Shown here in pieces: positions 27,940-37,187 of a stretch of 64,000 nt of DNA. Within the stretch, counting starts at the first letter, position 1, and each line of letters starts with the position of its first letter. The DNA comes from Nitrospirota bacterium. Lineage in GTDB: Bacteria > Nitrospirota > Thermodesulfovibrionia > Thermodesulfovibrionales > Dissulfurispiraceae. The notes beneath the pieces were generated by a model. That model did not search any database. It saw nothing but the letters and a program-made list of their open reading frames with translations, and was not told where the DNA came from. A program made the position numbers and the translations under genes. The stretch spans positions 224,001 to 288,000 of the forward strand of contig CAVPZX010000002.1 in NCBI GenBank assembly GCA_963710375.1, in the 5' to 3' direction.

Positions 27940-29556
27940 TTATCTCCTCCTGTTTTTTACTTTCGTTATTATATACCCCAATTCTTCACTTTTTATCAAA
28001 TACGCTGTTGCACCATATACTCCGGCGCAAAAAACCATAATTGTGCTTAGGTATGCTGCCTTGCTCAGACCATGTCCGCTTAAAGTCCATAGTGTGTATC
28101 GGCCCGCCAAAAACCATCCAGCTAATCCCATCACAGCGGATGCTGAAAACGTTTTTATAAAAGAAAGGGCGATTCTCCTTGTCCCCAGGCTCCCGATCTT
28201 CTTTCTAAGGAAATAGAAAAGCAGCAGGAAGTTCACGCTAGAGGCCATGGCATTCGCAAAGGCAAGGCCATTGTGCCGCATAGGTCCCATAAGTGCTAGA
28301 CTCAACATGATATTTGTCAGCATTGCCACTGCAGCTATTTTCACCGGCGTCCGGGTGTCCTGCATTGAATAAAACGTCGCAGCAATGACCCTGACACCAA
28401 CAACAGCCCAAATGCCGAGAGAATAGAACATCAAGGCCCCTGAGGTGCCGACCATCGCAGCGTACCCAAACTTTCCTCTTTGAAAAAGTGTTGCCACAAT
28501 AGGGACCCTCAATGCAATGAGCCCTGCCATTGCAGGTATGGTTATAAAAAAAAGCAGACGGAGTGCAAAAGAGAAGTCATCTTTCAACTTATCCATTTCC
28601 CCTCTCACCGAATGCTCCGAGAGCGCGGGGAGCACTGCCATGCCCATGGCAACGCCGAAAACACCTATCGGGAACTGAATAAGGCGCATTGAATAATAAA
28701 GATAGGTAATACTGCCCACCGGCAAATAGGAGGCGAGGATGGTGCTGATGAAAATATTGATCTGAGACACCGCAAGTCCAACAGTAGAAGGAATGATAAG
28801 CAAACCTATTCTTTTCAGCCCTGGGTGCCAGAAAGTACGTCGCGGCCCTGTTGATTCCTCGCCACTGCCCCGTGTCCCCATGTCTTCGTGCCGCCCTATC
28901 AGTGTATATCCCTGCCTTAAAAAAGGCGGAACCTGAAAGAGAAATTGTACCACCCCTCCCGCAGCCACGCCTATTGCGACAGCGATAATCGGATTGGTCA
29001 AGCGCGAGGCCAGTGTGAGGACAGCTATGATAATAACGAGGTTATAAATTGCAGGGGCGAGTGCGGGAATGAAAAAAACACCACGTGTGTTCAACGCCCC
29101 CATCGTCAGAGAGGCAAGACTGATAAAGAGTAGAAAGGGAAACATGATGCGCGTAAGCATCACAGCTGTAGAGAATTTATCCGGCTCCCTTAAAAAACCC
29201 GGGGCTATGGCAGCTACAATCTCCGGAGCAAAGATAATGCCTGCAACAGTAATCAACCCGACAAAAGTCACGATGAACAGGAACACAGACTGTACCAGCC
29301 TGTTGGCCTCTGCCTCGCCTTGTCTTGTCTGGTATTCTGTAAGGACCGGTATGAACGCCGATGAGGTAGACCCTTCAGCAAAAAGTTCCCTGAGCAGGTT
29401 CGGTATCCTGAAAGCTACAAAAAACGCATCTGCCAGGCCGGTAGCTCCGAAAAACCCGGCAACGATCATGTCCTTTGCATAGCCGAGGATACGGCTGATA
29501 AGTGTAGCAGCCGACATCACACCGGCCGCTCTTGCTATTCTGCCTCTTGCGCTCAT
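27940..29556 (-). CDS. murJ: Lipid II flippase MurJ
   Basis: SRILG, ADAFFVAFRIPNLLRELFAEG, RLIQFPIG, DTRTPV. Confidence 0.95.
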   Translation of the reverse strand: MSARGRIARAAGVMSAATLISRILGYAKDMIVAGFFGATGLADAFFVAFRIPNLLRELFAEGSTSSAFIPVLTEYQTRQGEAEANRLVQSVFLFIVTFVGLITVAGIIFAPEIVAAIAPGFLREPDKFSTAVMLTRIMFPFLLFISLASLTMGALNTRGVFFIPALAPAIYNLVIIIAVLTLASRLTNPIIAVAIGVAAGGVVQFLFQVPPFLRQGYTLIGRHEDMGTRGSGEESTGPRRTFWHPGLKRIGLLIIPSTVGLAVSQINIFISTILASYLPVGSITYLYYSMRLIQFPIGVFGVAMGMAVLPALSEHSVRGEMDKLKDDFSFALRLLFFITIPAMAGLIALRVPIVATLFQRGKFGYAAMVGTSGALMFYSLGIWAVVGVRVIAATFYSMQDTRTPVKIAAVAMLTNIMLSLALMGPMRHNGLAFANAMASSVNFLLLFYFLRKKIGSLGTRRIALSFIKTFSASAVMGLAGWFLAGRYTLWTLSGHGLSKAAYLSTIMVFCAGVYGATAYLIKSEELGYIITKVKNRRR

Positions 29557-29702
29557 TCCCTAAACTATTGTCCTTGCATGCCAGGTATGTTTAAAAGTGC
29601 CGGTATTCATTATATCACAGCGGATAAGGTACGCCATGACGAAGAAACCGTGATAACTGAACAATAGCAGGATAATCCGGTATAGAGGCGCCCCAAAAAG
29701 TC

Positions 29703-30296
29703 TTACGACTTTTTGGGGTTTAGGACTTCTTTTACGCCACCCACAACTCCCATCAAAATGTCTTTTACTGATTTGACCGCTGTATTTCCGATACTGCCGG
29801 CAGCTTCGATTGCTCCTTCCACAGCAGCCTTCGCCGCTTCCTCCACGTTGCCGCCTATTTCTTTAGTTGCCTCAACAACCCCGTCAACCGCCTTCCGAGC
29901 AACAGCCGCAACATCTGCTCCAACCTCTGCTGCTCCCCGGACAGCACCCTTTGCCGTTTGGCCGGCCACAGCTACAACATCACCTCCGACATCGCCCACT
30001 CCCATAACAATGCCTTTTGCCATGCTTTTGGTGCTCAGGAGCAGACCTGTGCCAACTTCCTCAGTGGCTGATATAGCTCCTTTGACAACGTCCTTAGTTA
30101 TTGAAAAGCTTTCTGCTGCCACTTCACTGCTCGCCTGCAGAGTGTTCGATACAGTGTCCCGGACAAGATGGACAATCTCCTCTTCGATATTATTGATACC
30201 CCTGAGACTGTTGATAATACCATCCTTTACCGCTGTTCCTGCCGTACCGATTGTTTCGACCTCTTCAGTGCTGCTCATGATCTCTTTCCTGGGCAT
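29703..30296 (-). CDS. Hypothetical protein with 22-residue amphipathic Ala/Gly/Val repeats
   Basis: AGGAGG RBS; five tandem 22-mers such as AGQTAKGAVRGAAEVGADVAAV. Confidence 0.75.
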   Translation of the reverse strand: MPRKEIMSSTEEVETIGTAGTAVKDGIINSLRGINNIEEEIVHLVRDTVSNTLQASSEVAAESFSITKDVVKGAISATEEVGTGLLLSTKSMAKGIVMGVGDVGGDVVAVAGQTAKGAVRGAAEVGADVAAVARKAVDGVVEATKEIGGNVEEAAKAAVEGAIEAAGSIGNTAVKSVKDILMGVVGGVKEVLNPKKS

Positions 30297-30415
30297 AGTA
30301 GTTCCTCCTTATTCATTAAAAAAAGTTAACCTTCAAGGCTCCTTTCTGCAACATCCCTAAAAAAGTGTAGTTCACCCCATGTCCTTTGTCTATTGGAGAA
30401 TTCATTACTTGCCTC

Positions 30416-31111
30416 TCATCTTTGCAGATGGAATGCCACCGGCACCTGCACCCACTCTTCCACCGGGGAATCCCCCTGCCTCGCAGGAACAAAACGCCAG
30501 TTTTTTACTGCCCCGGCAGCTGCCTTGTCCAGGATTTCATACCCCGAGGAATGGGCCATCTCAACTTTCAGTGCAATTCCCTGGCGGCTCACAAGCACTT
30601 TCAACATCACCATCCCTTCGATTCTCATTCGCCTCGCAAATGCTGGGTACTCAGGTTTCGGGTTGTTTAAATAGGCAGCCCCGAACTGTGGAGGTATTAC
30701 TGGTCCTTTAGAATCTACAGTCGGGACTTTTCCGTTGTTTTCGAATCGAGGCTGGATAGGCGGCCCAGTTTGGATATAATCTGAAGTTCCTTTATTTGTG
30801 GCCGGCAGATTTGTTTCAGGCATGGACACAGCCGGTAATGACATAGCGGGAGACTGAGTCTGGATGGTAGACTGTTTTGATGATTGTTGCTCCGGACTGG
30901 ACTGTTGCCTGATAACGTGGCGTACAGGTGGTTTCGGAACAATGATTTGACTGGCTGGAGATGGGAGATTAATCAATTCTACACTTATGGTCTTTAGTTG
31001 TTTGGTTTGCCACGTTAACTGTCCTATCACTGTTCCCCATATCAGCAGAGCCATAAATGATCCCCAAGGCAGGTAACGCAGCACATCATCATTAATATAT
31101 TTGTCCGTCAT
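30416..31111 (-). CDS. tonB: Energy transducer TonB
   Basis: N-terminal TM, Pro/Gln linker, NPKPEYP..EGMV..SSG..LDKAA..WRFVPA. Confidence 0.88.
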   Translation of the reverse strand: MTDKYINDDVLRYLPWGSFMALLIWGTVIGQLTWQTKQLKTISVELINLPSPASQIIVPKPPVRHVIRQQSSPEQQSSKQSTIQTQSPAMSLPAVSMPETNLPATNKGTSDYIQTGPPIQPRFENNGKVPTVDSKGPVIPPQFGAAYLNNPKPEYPAFARRMRIEGMVMLKVLVSRQGIALKVEMAHSSGYEILDKAAAGAVKNWRFVPARQGDSPVEEWVQVPVAFHLQR

Positions 31112-31118
31112 GCTCTTC

Positions 31119-33239
31119 CTAAAAGGTATAAATGAGGCTCAGGCGGCCATTGATCGGCTCAGCCGCGTGAAAGTGTATATCATTTGTCCCTGATCCTCCG
31201 TTAGGTATGGCTGTAGACAAGGGTTCAGTCGAAAGCCTGGACGCATAATAATACGCAATATCGTCTGCTTTGGCATTAAGCAGGTTGAAGCCCTGCAGCA
31301 CCACCTTCAAATTCTTGCTGAATTTATATCCCACCTCCGCCTCCAGCAGGGCAGAAGGCTTTGCAGTTACGCTGTCATCCTGAACAAGCGGATACCGGCC
31401 AAGGTAGCGCAACCGCAGGGTACCAAAATACGGACCCACATCATGTACCGATGCACCGAGGGAAGCGACGCCCTCAGGTGCGTTAGGTATATACTTCCCT
31501 ATGAAAGGAGGATTGCTTGTGTCTGTAACAGTAGTACGTGCCCGGGTATATGCAATATCCGCGTCTATTGTAAGCCAGGGTGTAGGCTTATAATAATTGG
31601 CTAATTCAACGCCCCTGCGCCTGCTTGGCGGGCCGGGCGAAGTCTCACCTCTGTCTCCGTCCCACTCAAGTTCTGAATCAAAATCCAACTGAAATAATGA
31701 CAGCTCGGTCTGAAGCCCCGGTATGAAAGTGGTACGCGCGCCGACCTCGTATCCTTTGGAGCGGACTAGCGGCTTTACCGGTGAATTAGGAAGCGCTCCT
31801 GGGATGCCTGCGTCCGCTATGGGCACGCCATTCTGAATAGTGCTGCGGGCGTCGTTGCTATGAAACCCTTCTCCGACATTGATAAAGTACTCTGTTTTAT
31901 ACCACGGTCCGAATATCATACTTAACTTGGGATTTGCCATGCTGTCTGAGGTCTTGCCCGAATTCCCAACTCCGGAGTTGTCGTTTATCTGTATATAGTC
32001 GCCGCGAATTCCGGCCTCGGTGCGGAATTTCTCAAACCAGTGAATGGTGTTTTGAAAATACGCCGCTTCTGACCTTTCAATCACGTGGTCCTCCAGCCAG
32101 ACCTGCAGGACGTGCCGGTCTTCGGCGTGGTTCAGGCCGTTAATAATATTGTCGTTTTGCAGTTGTACGCCGATGGTATTTTCCATATCGAATCCGCCCA
32201 ACTTGCCAAGCCATGTATGGCTGGCATTAAGTGCGCTCGATATCCTTCTGTCCCACTGTTCAAATTGGTCGCCATGTACGGGATCAAACAGGAAATAGGT
32301 AAAGTCGGAAAACAAAGTCATCCGCTTGTCGATAATATAGATATTGGCCTTGGTAACGTAACTCCCTTCGGTGTGCTCCCAGGCAGCGGAAAGACTATAG
32401 CGGCGGGTCCAGGTGAAGTCACTAGGGTCAAGTGTGCCGAAACGCGATATCTGGCCGTCATCCACAGCGCGTTCGGCAGTCTGGTTAGTAGCGTCTCCCT
32501 GGCTTGTATATGCCATTGCGGTGACGTTAAAGTGGTCTTTACCTTCCCCCATGCTGTAACGCAACACCCCGTTCCATTTCCGGAAGTCTGCTTTATTGCT
32601 CCACGGACCGTCGTTGTGTTCATATTCAAAAGCGCCGAGCAGGTTTCCGCCCCCCAGCTTTATTGAGTCGGCAAGGAATTCGCGCTCGAAGCCGTATGTT
32701 CCCACGGTTGTACTTGCAATCCCCTGCTTAAGCGTATCCGCATAACTGATATCTATCGCACCTACGGATGAAAAATCACCGTAACCTGCGTAGTAGGGTC
32801 CCTTCCGGTACTGTATATAGTTGATCAGTTCGGGTATCATAAAATTCGTATCGGAATATCCCTGGCCGTGCGCATTAGTGCGTTCATTGATATCCATACC
32901 GTCAACGGTAATCCTCAGGTCCGTGCCATGATCGAGATTGACGCCCCTCAGAAAATATTGATTGGCCTTGCCTTCTCCACTGTGCTGGCTGACTATCAGA
33001 CCCGGAGTTACTTCCAGTAATTCTCCATTACGGTATGCAGGACGGGATTCAATTTGTTCTTGGAGGATAGTGCCCTCATTTGCAGAATCCGTGGTGCCGA
33101 CCAGGTTTTCGGTCATGTCTGTCACCTCCACAACATCCAGGGTCTGGATGCCTCCGGCATAGGCCGAACCTGTAAAAAAAGCCACAAAAAGCATCATAAA
33201 GACACTGAGCATTCCTGATGCAAAAGTCTTTACTCTCAA
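31119..33239 (-). CDS. TonB-dependent outer-membrane receptor
   Basis: Signal peptide, plug QHSGEGKANQYFLRGVNLDHGTD, FNLLN, C-terminal YTF. Confidence 0.92.
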   Translation of the reverse strand: MRVKTFASGMLSVFMMLFVAFFTGSAYAGGIQTLDVVEVTDMTENLVGTTDSANEGTILQEQIESRPAYRNGELLEVTPGLIVSQHSGEGKANQYFLRGVNLDHGTDLRITVDGMDINERTNAHGQGYSDTNFMIPELINYIQYRKGPYYAGYGDFSSVGAIDISYADTLKQGIASTTVGTYGFEREFLADSIKLGGGNLLGAFEYEHNDGPWSNKADFRKWNGVLRYSMGEGKDHFNVTAMAYTSQGDATNQTAERAVDDGQISRFGTLDPSDFTWTRRYSLSAAWEHTEGSYVTKANIYIIDKRMTLFSDFTYFLFDPVHGDQFEQWDRRISSALNASHTWLGKLGGFDMENTIGVQLQNDNIINGLNHAEDRHVLQVWLEDHVIERSEAAYFQNTIHWFEKFRTEAGIRGDYIQINDNSGVGNSGKTSDSMANPKLSMIFGPWYKTEYFINVGEGFHSNDARSTIQNGVPIADAGIPGALPNSPVKPLVRSKGYEVGARTTFIPGLQTELSLFQLDFDSELEWDGDRGETSPGPPSRRRGVELANYYKPTPWLTIDADIAYTRARTTVTDTSNPPFIGKYIPNAPEGVASLGASVHDVGPYFGTLRLRYLGRYPLVQDDSVTAKPSALLEAEVGYKFSKNLKVVLQGFNLLNAKADDIAYYYASRLSTEPLSTAIPNGGSGTNDIHFHAAEPINGRLSLIYTF

Positions 33240-33257
33240 ACGCTTTCTCCTTTCAAA

Positions 33258-33415
33258 GAAATAAAAAAGCCACTAAGGTTTTGTGCGCAGGCTGCTGCCT
33301 GCTACTGACCTTCGTGGCTTTTATTTTCCTGTTTACAGGTGAGGCGGAAATCCGGACTTCGTACCCGGAACCCTTTAATGGCTCAACTATAGCATTTCGA
33401 CAAATGCAGCGTCAA
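33258..33415 (-). promoter_or_regulatory. Promoter plus structured 5' leader ending in a terminator-like stem
   Basis: TTGACG (33415-33410), 18 nt, TATAGT (33391-33386); the spacer holds palindrome GCATTT-N4-AAATGC; stem AAAAGCCACGAAGGT / ACCTTAGTGGCTTTTTT just before the RBS. Confidence 0.6.
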
Positions 33416-33444
33416 GATAACAAAAATGGCGGGAGTGGGTTGTA

Positions 33445-33472
33445 TTGACATGCTGAAATCTGTTGCTATAAT
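33445..33472 (+). promoter_or_regulatory. Sigma70 promoter for the Met/His-rich gene
   Basis: TTGACA, 16 nt, TATAAT with extended -10 TG. Confidence 0.7.
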
Positions 33473-33517
33473 TAAGATATCAATCTATCATCGAACATTT
33501 CCAAAGGAGGCAGCAAT

Positions 33518-34327
33518 ATGAAGAAGAAAATGCAGTTTTTTGGTGGAGTTTTTGTTTTGGTCTTTGCCCTGTCTTTTGTGATTTTCGGGTCAGCGAGCGC
33601 CGCAGATGTGAAACAAATGCAAAGCAACAGCTATATAGCAATGCATGAGGTTGGCGCCGAAGAAATGAAAGACATGAGCGACATGAAGGGCATGAATATG
33701 GATATGGATATGCACCATATGCACATAATGATGGATCACGGCCTTTCTATGGTCACTGAAGGGTCAAGTCTGGTTATGCTTGGCGAGATGAAAATGGCGC
33801 CGTCGCTTGACCCGATGACCATGGAGCACGGCCGCCACATGATGGCCGAAGGCAAGAAGCTGATAGAACATGAAATGAGCGGGTCTATGATGAAAAGCAT
33901 GCACAAGGCAGGTCATGGTAATGACCCGCTCATGAAGTACACCCACGAACTGGGCAACGCCATGATGGACTATGTGAATATTGTCGATAGCATGGGCATG
34001 AAAGGCGAAATGGCCGATGATATGATGACGATGCACCATATGCATATACTGATCAACCATGCCGTGAATATGGCTGTTGAGGGCGCCAATTTGGTAATGC
34101 TTGGACAGATGCACATGGCAAAGGGCGTAGATAAGGGTTCGGTGGAGCACGGGAAAATGATGATATCCGATGCGGATAAGCTTTTGAGTGAAGTCATGAA
34201 AGGCAAAGCTATGATGGAAATGCACGAAAAAGGTATCAAGATGAACAACGAAATGATGGCTTATACACACAAGCTGGGCGCAGCGGCGCAGAAGCTTGTT
34301 GATCTTCTTTCCGGGATGCCAAAGTAA
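33518..34327 (+). CDS. Secreted Met/His-rich protein with two internal ~100-aa repeats; probable metal-binding protein
   Basis: Signal peptide; MHHMHI..H..M..EG..LVMLG.M.MA..EHG..M..YTH.LG.A occurs twice. Confidence 0.8.
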   Translation: MKKKMQFFGGVFVLVFALSFVIFGSASAADVKQMQSNSYIAMHEVGAEEMKDMSDMKGMNMDMDMHHMHIMMDHGLSMVTEGSSLVMLGEMKMAPSLDPMTMEHGRHMMAEGKKLIEHEMSGSMMKSMHKAGHGNDPLMKYTHELGNAMMDYVNIVDSMGMKGEMADDMMTMHHMHILINHAVNMAVEGANLVMLGQMHMAKGVDKGSVEHGKMMISDADKLLSEVMKGKAMMEMHEKGIKMNNEMMAYTHKLGAAAQKLVDLLSGMPK

Positions 34328-34441
34328 CCACCCCATTTAGCGGCTGCGGTAGGGGTGTGGGACAATAATATCTCTCCTCACCCCTGCTGCACCCCAAGGT
34401 GGCAGGTATAATCGCAACGAGTGGCAGGGTTATTCCGGAAG

Positions 34442-35092
34442 TTACAGACTTTTTGTGGGTCCGCGGCGGTGGCGTATGAATTCGACCACTCCCGGCGTGA
34501 CCGAGACAATAATGATCGCCAAAATCACAAGTGAGAAATTCCGCCTCACAACGGGAATATTACCGAAGAAATATCCTGAAAAAACACAGACCGCCACCCA
34601 GGCAGTCCCCCCGAAAATATCATAGCTTATAAACCGCGCGTAGGTCATTCTCCCGATGCCGGCAACAAAAGGGGCGAAGGTACGCACAATGGGGATGAAG
34701 CGGGCAATGATAATTGTCTTGCCGCCGTATTTTTCGTAGAACTTGTGGGTGCGCTCCAGGTGCTTCCTGTTCAGGAAGCGTACATCGTCCCGGTGGAACA
34801 CCTTCGGTCCGGCAAAATATCCGATCCAGTAATTGGTCGTATTGCCTGCCATGGCAGCAAAGACAAGAAGACCATAAATCACAAAGATATCAAAGGAGCC
34901 AAGAGCTGCAAAAGTGCCTGCTGCGAATAGCAGTGAATCTCCGGGAAGGAAAGGAGTCACCACAAGACCGGTCTCGCAGAAGATGATAAGCGGGAGGATA
35001 ATGTATGTGGCAGCACCATACTGTTGAATTATCAGGCTGAGATGCTTGTCGAGGTGCATGAAAATAGAAATGAAATTTGCGATCAGTTCCAT
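34442..35092 (-). CDS. dedA: DedA family membrane protein
   Basis: IIFCETGLVVTPFLPGDSLLF, ARFIPIVRTFAPFVAG; TGATG coupling to prmC. Confidence 0.93.
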   Translation of the reverse strand: MELIANFISIFMHLDKHLSLIIQQYGAATYIILPLIIFCETGLVVTPFLPGDSLLFAAGTFAALGSFDIFVIYGLLVFAAMAGNTTNYWIGYFAGPKVFHRDDVRFLNRKHLERTHKFYEKYGGKTIIIARFIPIVRTFAPFVAGIGRMTYARFISYDIFGGTAWVAVCVFSGYFFGNIPVVRRNFSLVILAIIIVSVTPGVVEFIRHRRGPTKSL

Positions 35093-36015
35093 CAACACTC
35101 CCTTGGTAATTTTGCGGTAAAGATCCTTTCTATCCCTGCAAAGTCCTTTATAAAACGCATTTGAGTAAACCCGGCACTCAGTGCCAGCTCCTGTATTGCG
35201 GCCGACTGGCCAAACCCGATTTCGAGCATAATTATACCATTGTCTTGCAGGTATGCCGGAGCATCCCTGAAAATCCTCCTGTAAAAATCAAGACCGTCCC
35301 TGCCGCCGTCAAGCGCCGAAAGAGGCTCATGTTCCCTTATCTCCCTCTGGAGGGTTTTTATTTCATCATGCCTAACATAAGGCGGATTGGAAACAATGCA
35401 GTCAAAATGCAGAGTATTGACAGGCTCGAAAAGGTCGCCCAGCTTAAAACAGATATTATTGACATTATTTGCCAGGGCATTCTGCGTTGCGTATACCATT
35501 GCACCTTCAGAAGCGTCAACCCCATAAACGGTCGCGTCGGGGAAATGCCGCGCAATGGAAATCGCAATGCATCCGCTTCCAGTACAGAGATCCAAAATAC
35601 TAATCGAATCGGCGAGTCGGGGAGCCGGAGAATCGGCGCCATGTCCTTTGACTTTGTCTTTGCTCCGGCTCTCCGTTTCCCCGATTCTCCGTTTCAGTCT
35701 TTTTATCACTTCATCTACGAGCAATTCAGTCTCAGGTCTGGGGATAAGAACGCCGCTTCCTACATATATTGTCAAACCATAAAACGGCACGTGGCCTATC
35801 AGATACTGAATGGGCTCTCCCCTGGTGCGCCTCACTGCAAGGTCATCGATATGCTTTGCCCTGTCCTCCGGGATGCCGGCATCGCCGGCGTAAAGACCGG
35901 CCCTGTCTATATCCAGAAGTCCGGTGATAAGCATTTCGGCTTCCCGCGCCGAATCCTCAATGCCGCTCTTCTCAAAAAGCGCTGCTATCTGTTTCATCTT
36001 GGCAAGGGCATTCAT
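35092..36015 (-). CDS. prmC: Release factor glutamine methyltransferase
   Basis: GEPIQY, VLIPRPETE, LDLCTGSG, SNPPY, ALDGG. Confidence 0.95.
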   Translation of the reverse strand: MNALAKMKQIAALFEKSGIEDSAREAEMLITGLLDIDRAGLYAGDAGIPEDRAKHIDDLAVRRTRGEPIQYLIGHVPFYGLTIYVGSGVLIPRPETELLVDEVIKRLKRRIGETESRSKDKVKGHGADSPAPRLADSISILDLCTGSGCIAISIARHFPDATVYGVDASEGAMVYATQNALANNVNNICFKLGDLFEPVNTLHFDCIVSNPPYVRHDEIKTLQREIREHEPLSALDGGRDGLDFYRRIFRDAPAYLQDNGIIMLEIGFGQSAAIQELALSAGFTQMRFIKDFAGIERIFTAKLPREC

Positions 36016-36020
36016 AAAAA

Positions 36021-36128
36021 GAACGTGAAACGTGAAAAGTGAACCGTGAATGGAAAAAAACATGAATCAAAGAACAGGCAACGAGTATTATTTATTATCC
36101 TGTCACTTTTCACCTTTCACATTTCACA
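36021..36128. repeat. Mirrored heptamer micro-repeat element
   Basis: (CGTGAAA)-like x4, a spacer, then (TTTCAC.)-like x4. Confidence 0.8.
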
Positions 36129-37185
36129 GTTCCTGTAGCCGTTCAGCCTGATAGTGCGTACTCAGAGCATCAATAAGTTCATCCAGCGCCCCTTCGAGCA
36201 CGTGATCGAGCTTGTGCAGGGTCAGGCCTATGCGGTGATCGGTAACCCTGTTCTGGGGATAGTTGTATGTCCTGATACGTTCGCTCCTGTCGCCGCTGCC
36301 AACCTGGGTCTTTCTGTCCGCTGCACGGTCCTTGTCTTTTTTTTCTATCTCCATTTCAAGCAGTCTTGAACGCAGCACTTTCAATGCCTTTTCACGGTTC
36401 TTCAGCTGCGACCGCTCATCCTGACACTGCACCACCAGCCCTGTAGGGATATGTGTGATACGCACTGCAGAATATGTAGTGTTCACACTCTGTCCGCCTG
36501 CGCCTGAGGAACAGAAGGTGTCGATCCTCAGGTCCTTGTCCTCAATCCTTATATCCACCTCTTCAGCTTCGGGCAGCACAGCCACTGTTGCAGCTGACGT
36601 ATGTATTCTCCCTGATGTCTCGGTTACCGGCACCCTTTGCACCCTGTGCACGCCGCTCTCATACTTCAGTTTACTGTAGGCGCCCTTGCCGGTGATATTT
36701 GCTACAATCTCCTTTAAGCCGCCGATCCCTGTCGGGCTGGAATCGATCACCTCAATCTTCCATTTGCGTGACTCGGCATACTTCGAGTACATCCTGAACA
36801 GGCTTGCCCCGAAAAGGGCAGCCTCTTCTCCGCCTGTACCGGCACGTATCTCCAGAATGACGTTCCTGTCGTCCCTTGGGTCTTTCGGCAGCAGCATCAT
36901 CTTCAGTTCGTTCTCAAGCAGCGGCCTTCTTTTCTTCAGGTCCTCAAGCTCTTCCTGGGCAAGCTCCTTTATATCCCCATCACCGCCCCTGAGCATTTCT
37001 TCGGCCTCATCTATTCCAGAGAGAAGTTTTTTGTACTCCCTTATTTTTTCAACAATATGTATAAGGTCCGACTGCTCCTTGGAATACTTCATGTATGTCT
37101 GTGTATTGGACAGCACTTCCGGATCTGCAAGCGCCCTGGTTATTTCATTATGTTTTTCTTCTATTGACAGCAGTTTCTCAAGCAT
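36124..37185 (-). CDS. prfA: Peptide chain release factor 1
   Basis: [14 protein letters not shown] anticodon mimic, GGQ, RTYNYPQ. Confidence 0.96.
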   Translation of the reverse strand: MLEKLLSIEEKHNEITRALADPEVLSNTQTYMKYSKEQSDLIHIVEKIREYKKLLSGIDEAEEMLRGGDGDIKELAQEELEDLKKRRPLLENELKMMLLPKDPRDDRNVILEIRAGTGGEEAALFGASLFRMYSKYAESRKWKIEVIDSSPTGIGGLKEIVANITGKGAYSKLKYESGVHRVQRVPVTETSGRIHTSAATVAVLPEAEEVDIRIEDKDLRIDTFCSSGAGGQSVNTTYSAVRITHIPTGLVVQCQDERSQLKNREKALKVLRSRLLEMEIEKKDKDRAADRKTQVGSGDRSERIRTYNYPQNRVTDHRIGLTLHKLDHVLEGALDELIDALSTHYQAERLQEL

Positions 37186-37187
37186 TG

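Noticed and set aside
33258..33380. Assignment as cobalamin or guanidine-I riboswitch
   Set aside because: B12 box and the central ykkC consensus blocks were not found; kept only as an unassigned candidate.
35161..36042. Long antisense or alternate-frame ORFs (also 29713-30360, 46349-47203, 52325-53044, 60827-61600)
   Set aside because: Shadows of well-supported genes with no recognisable motifs.
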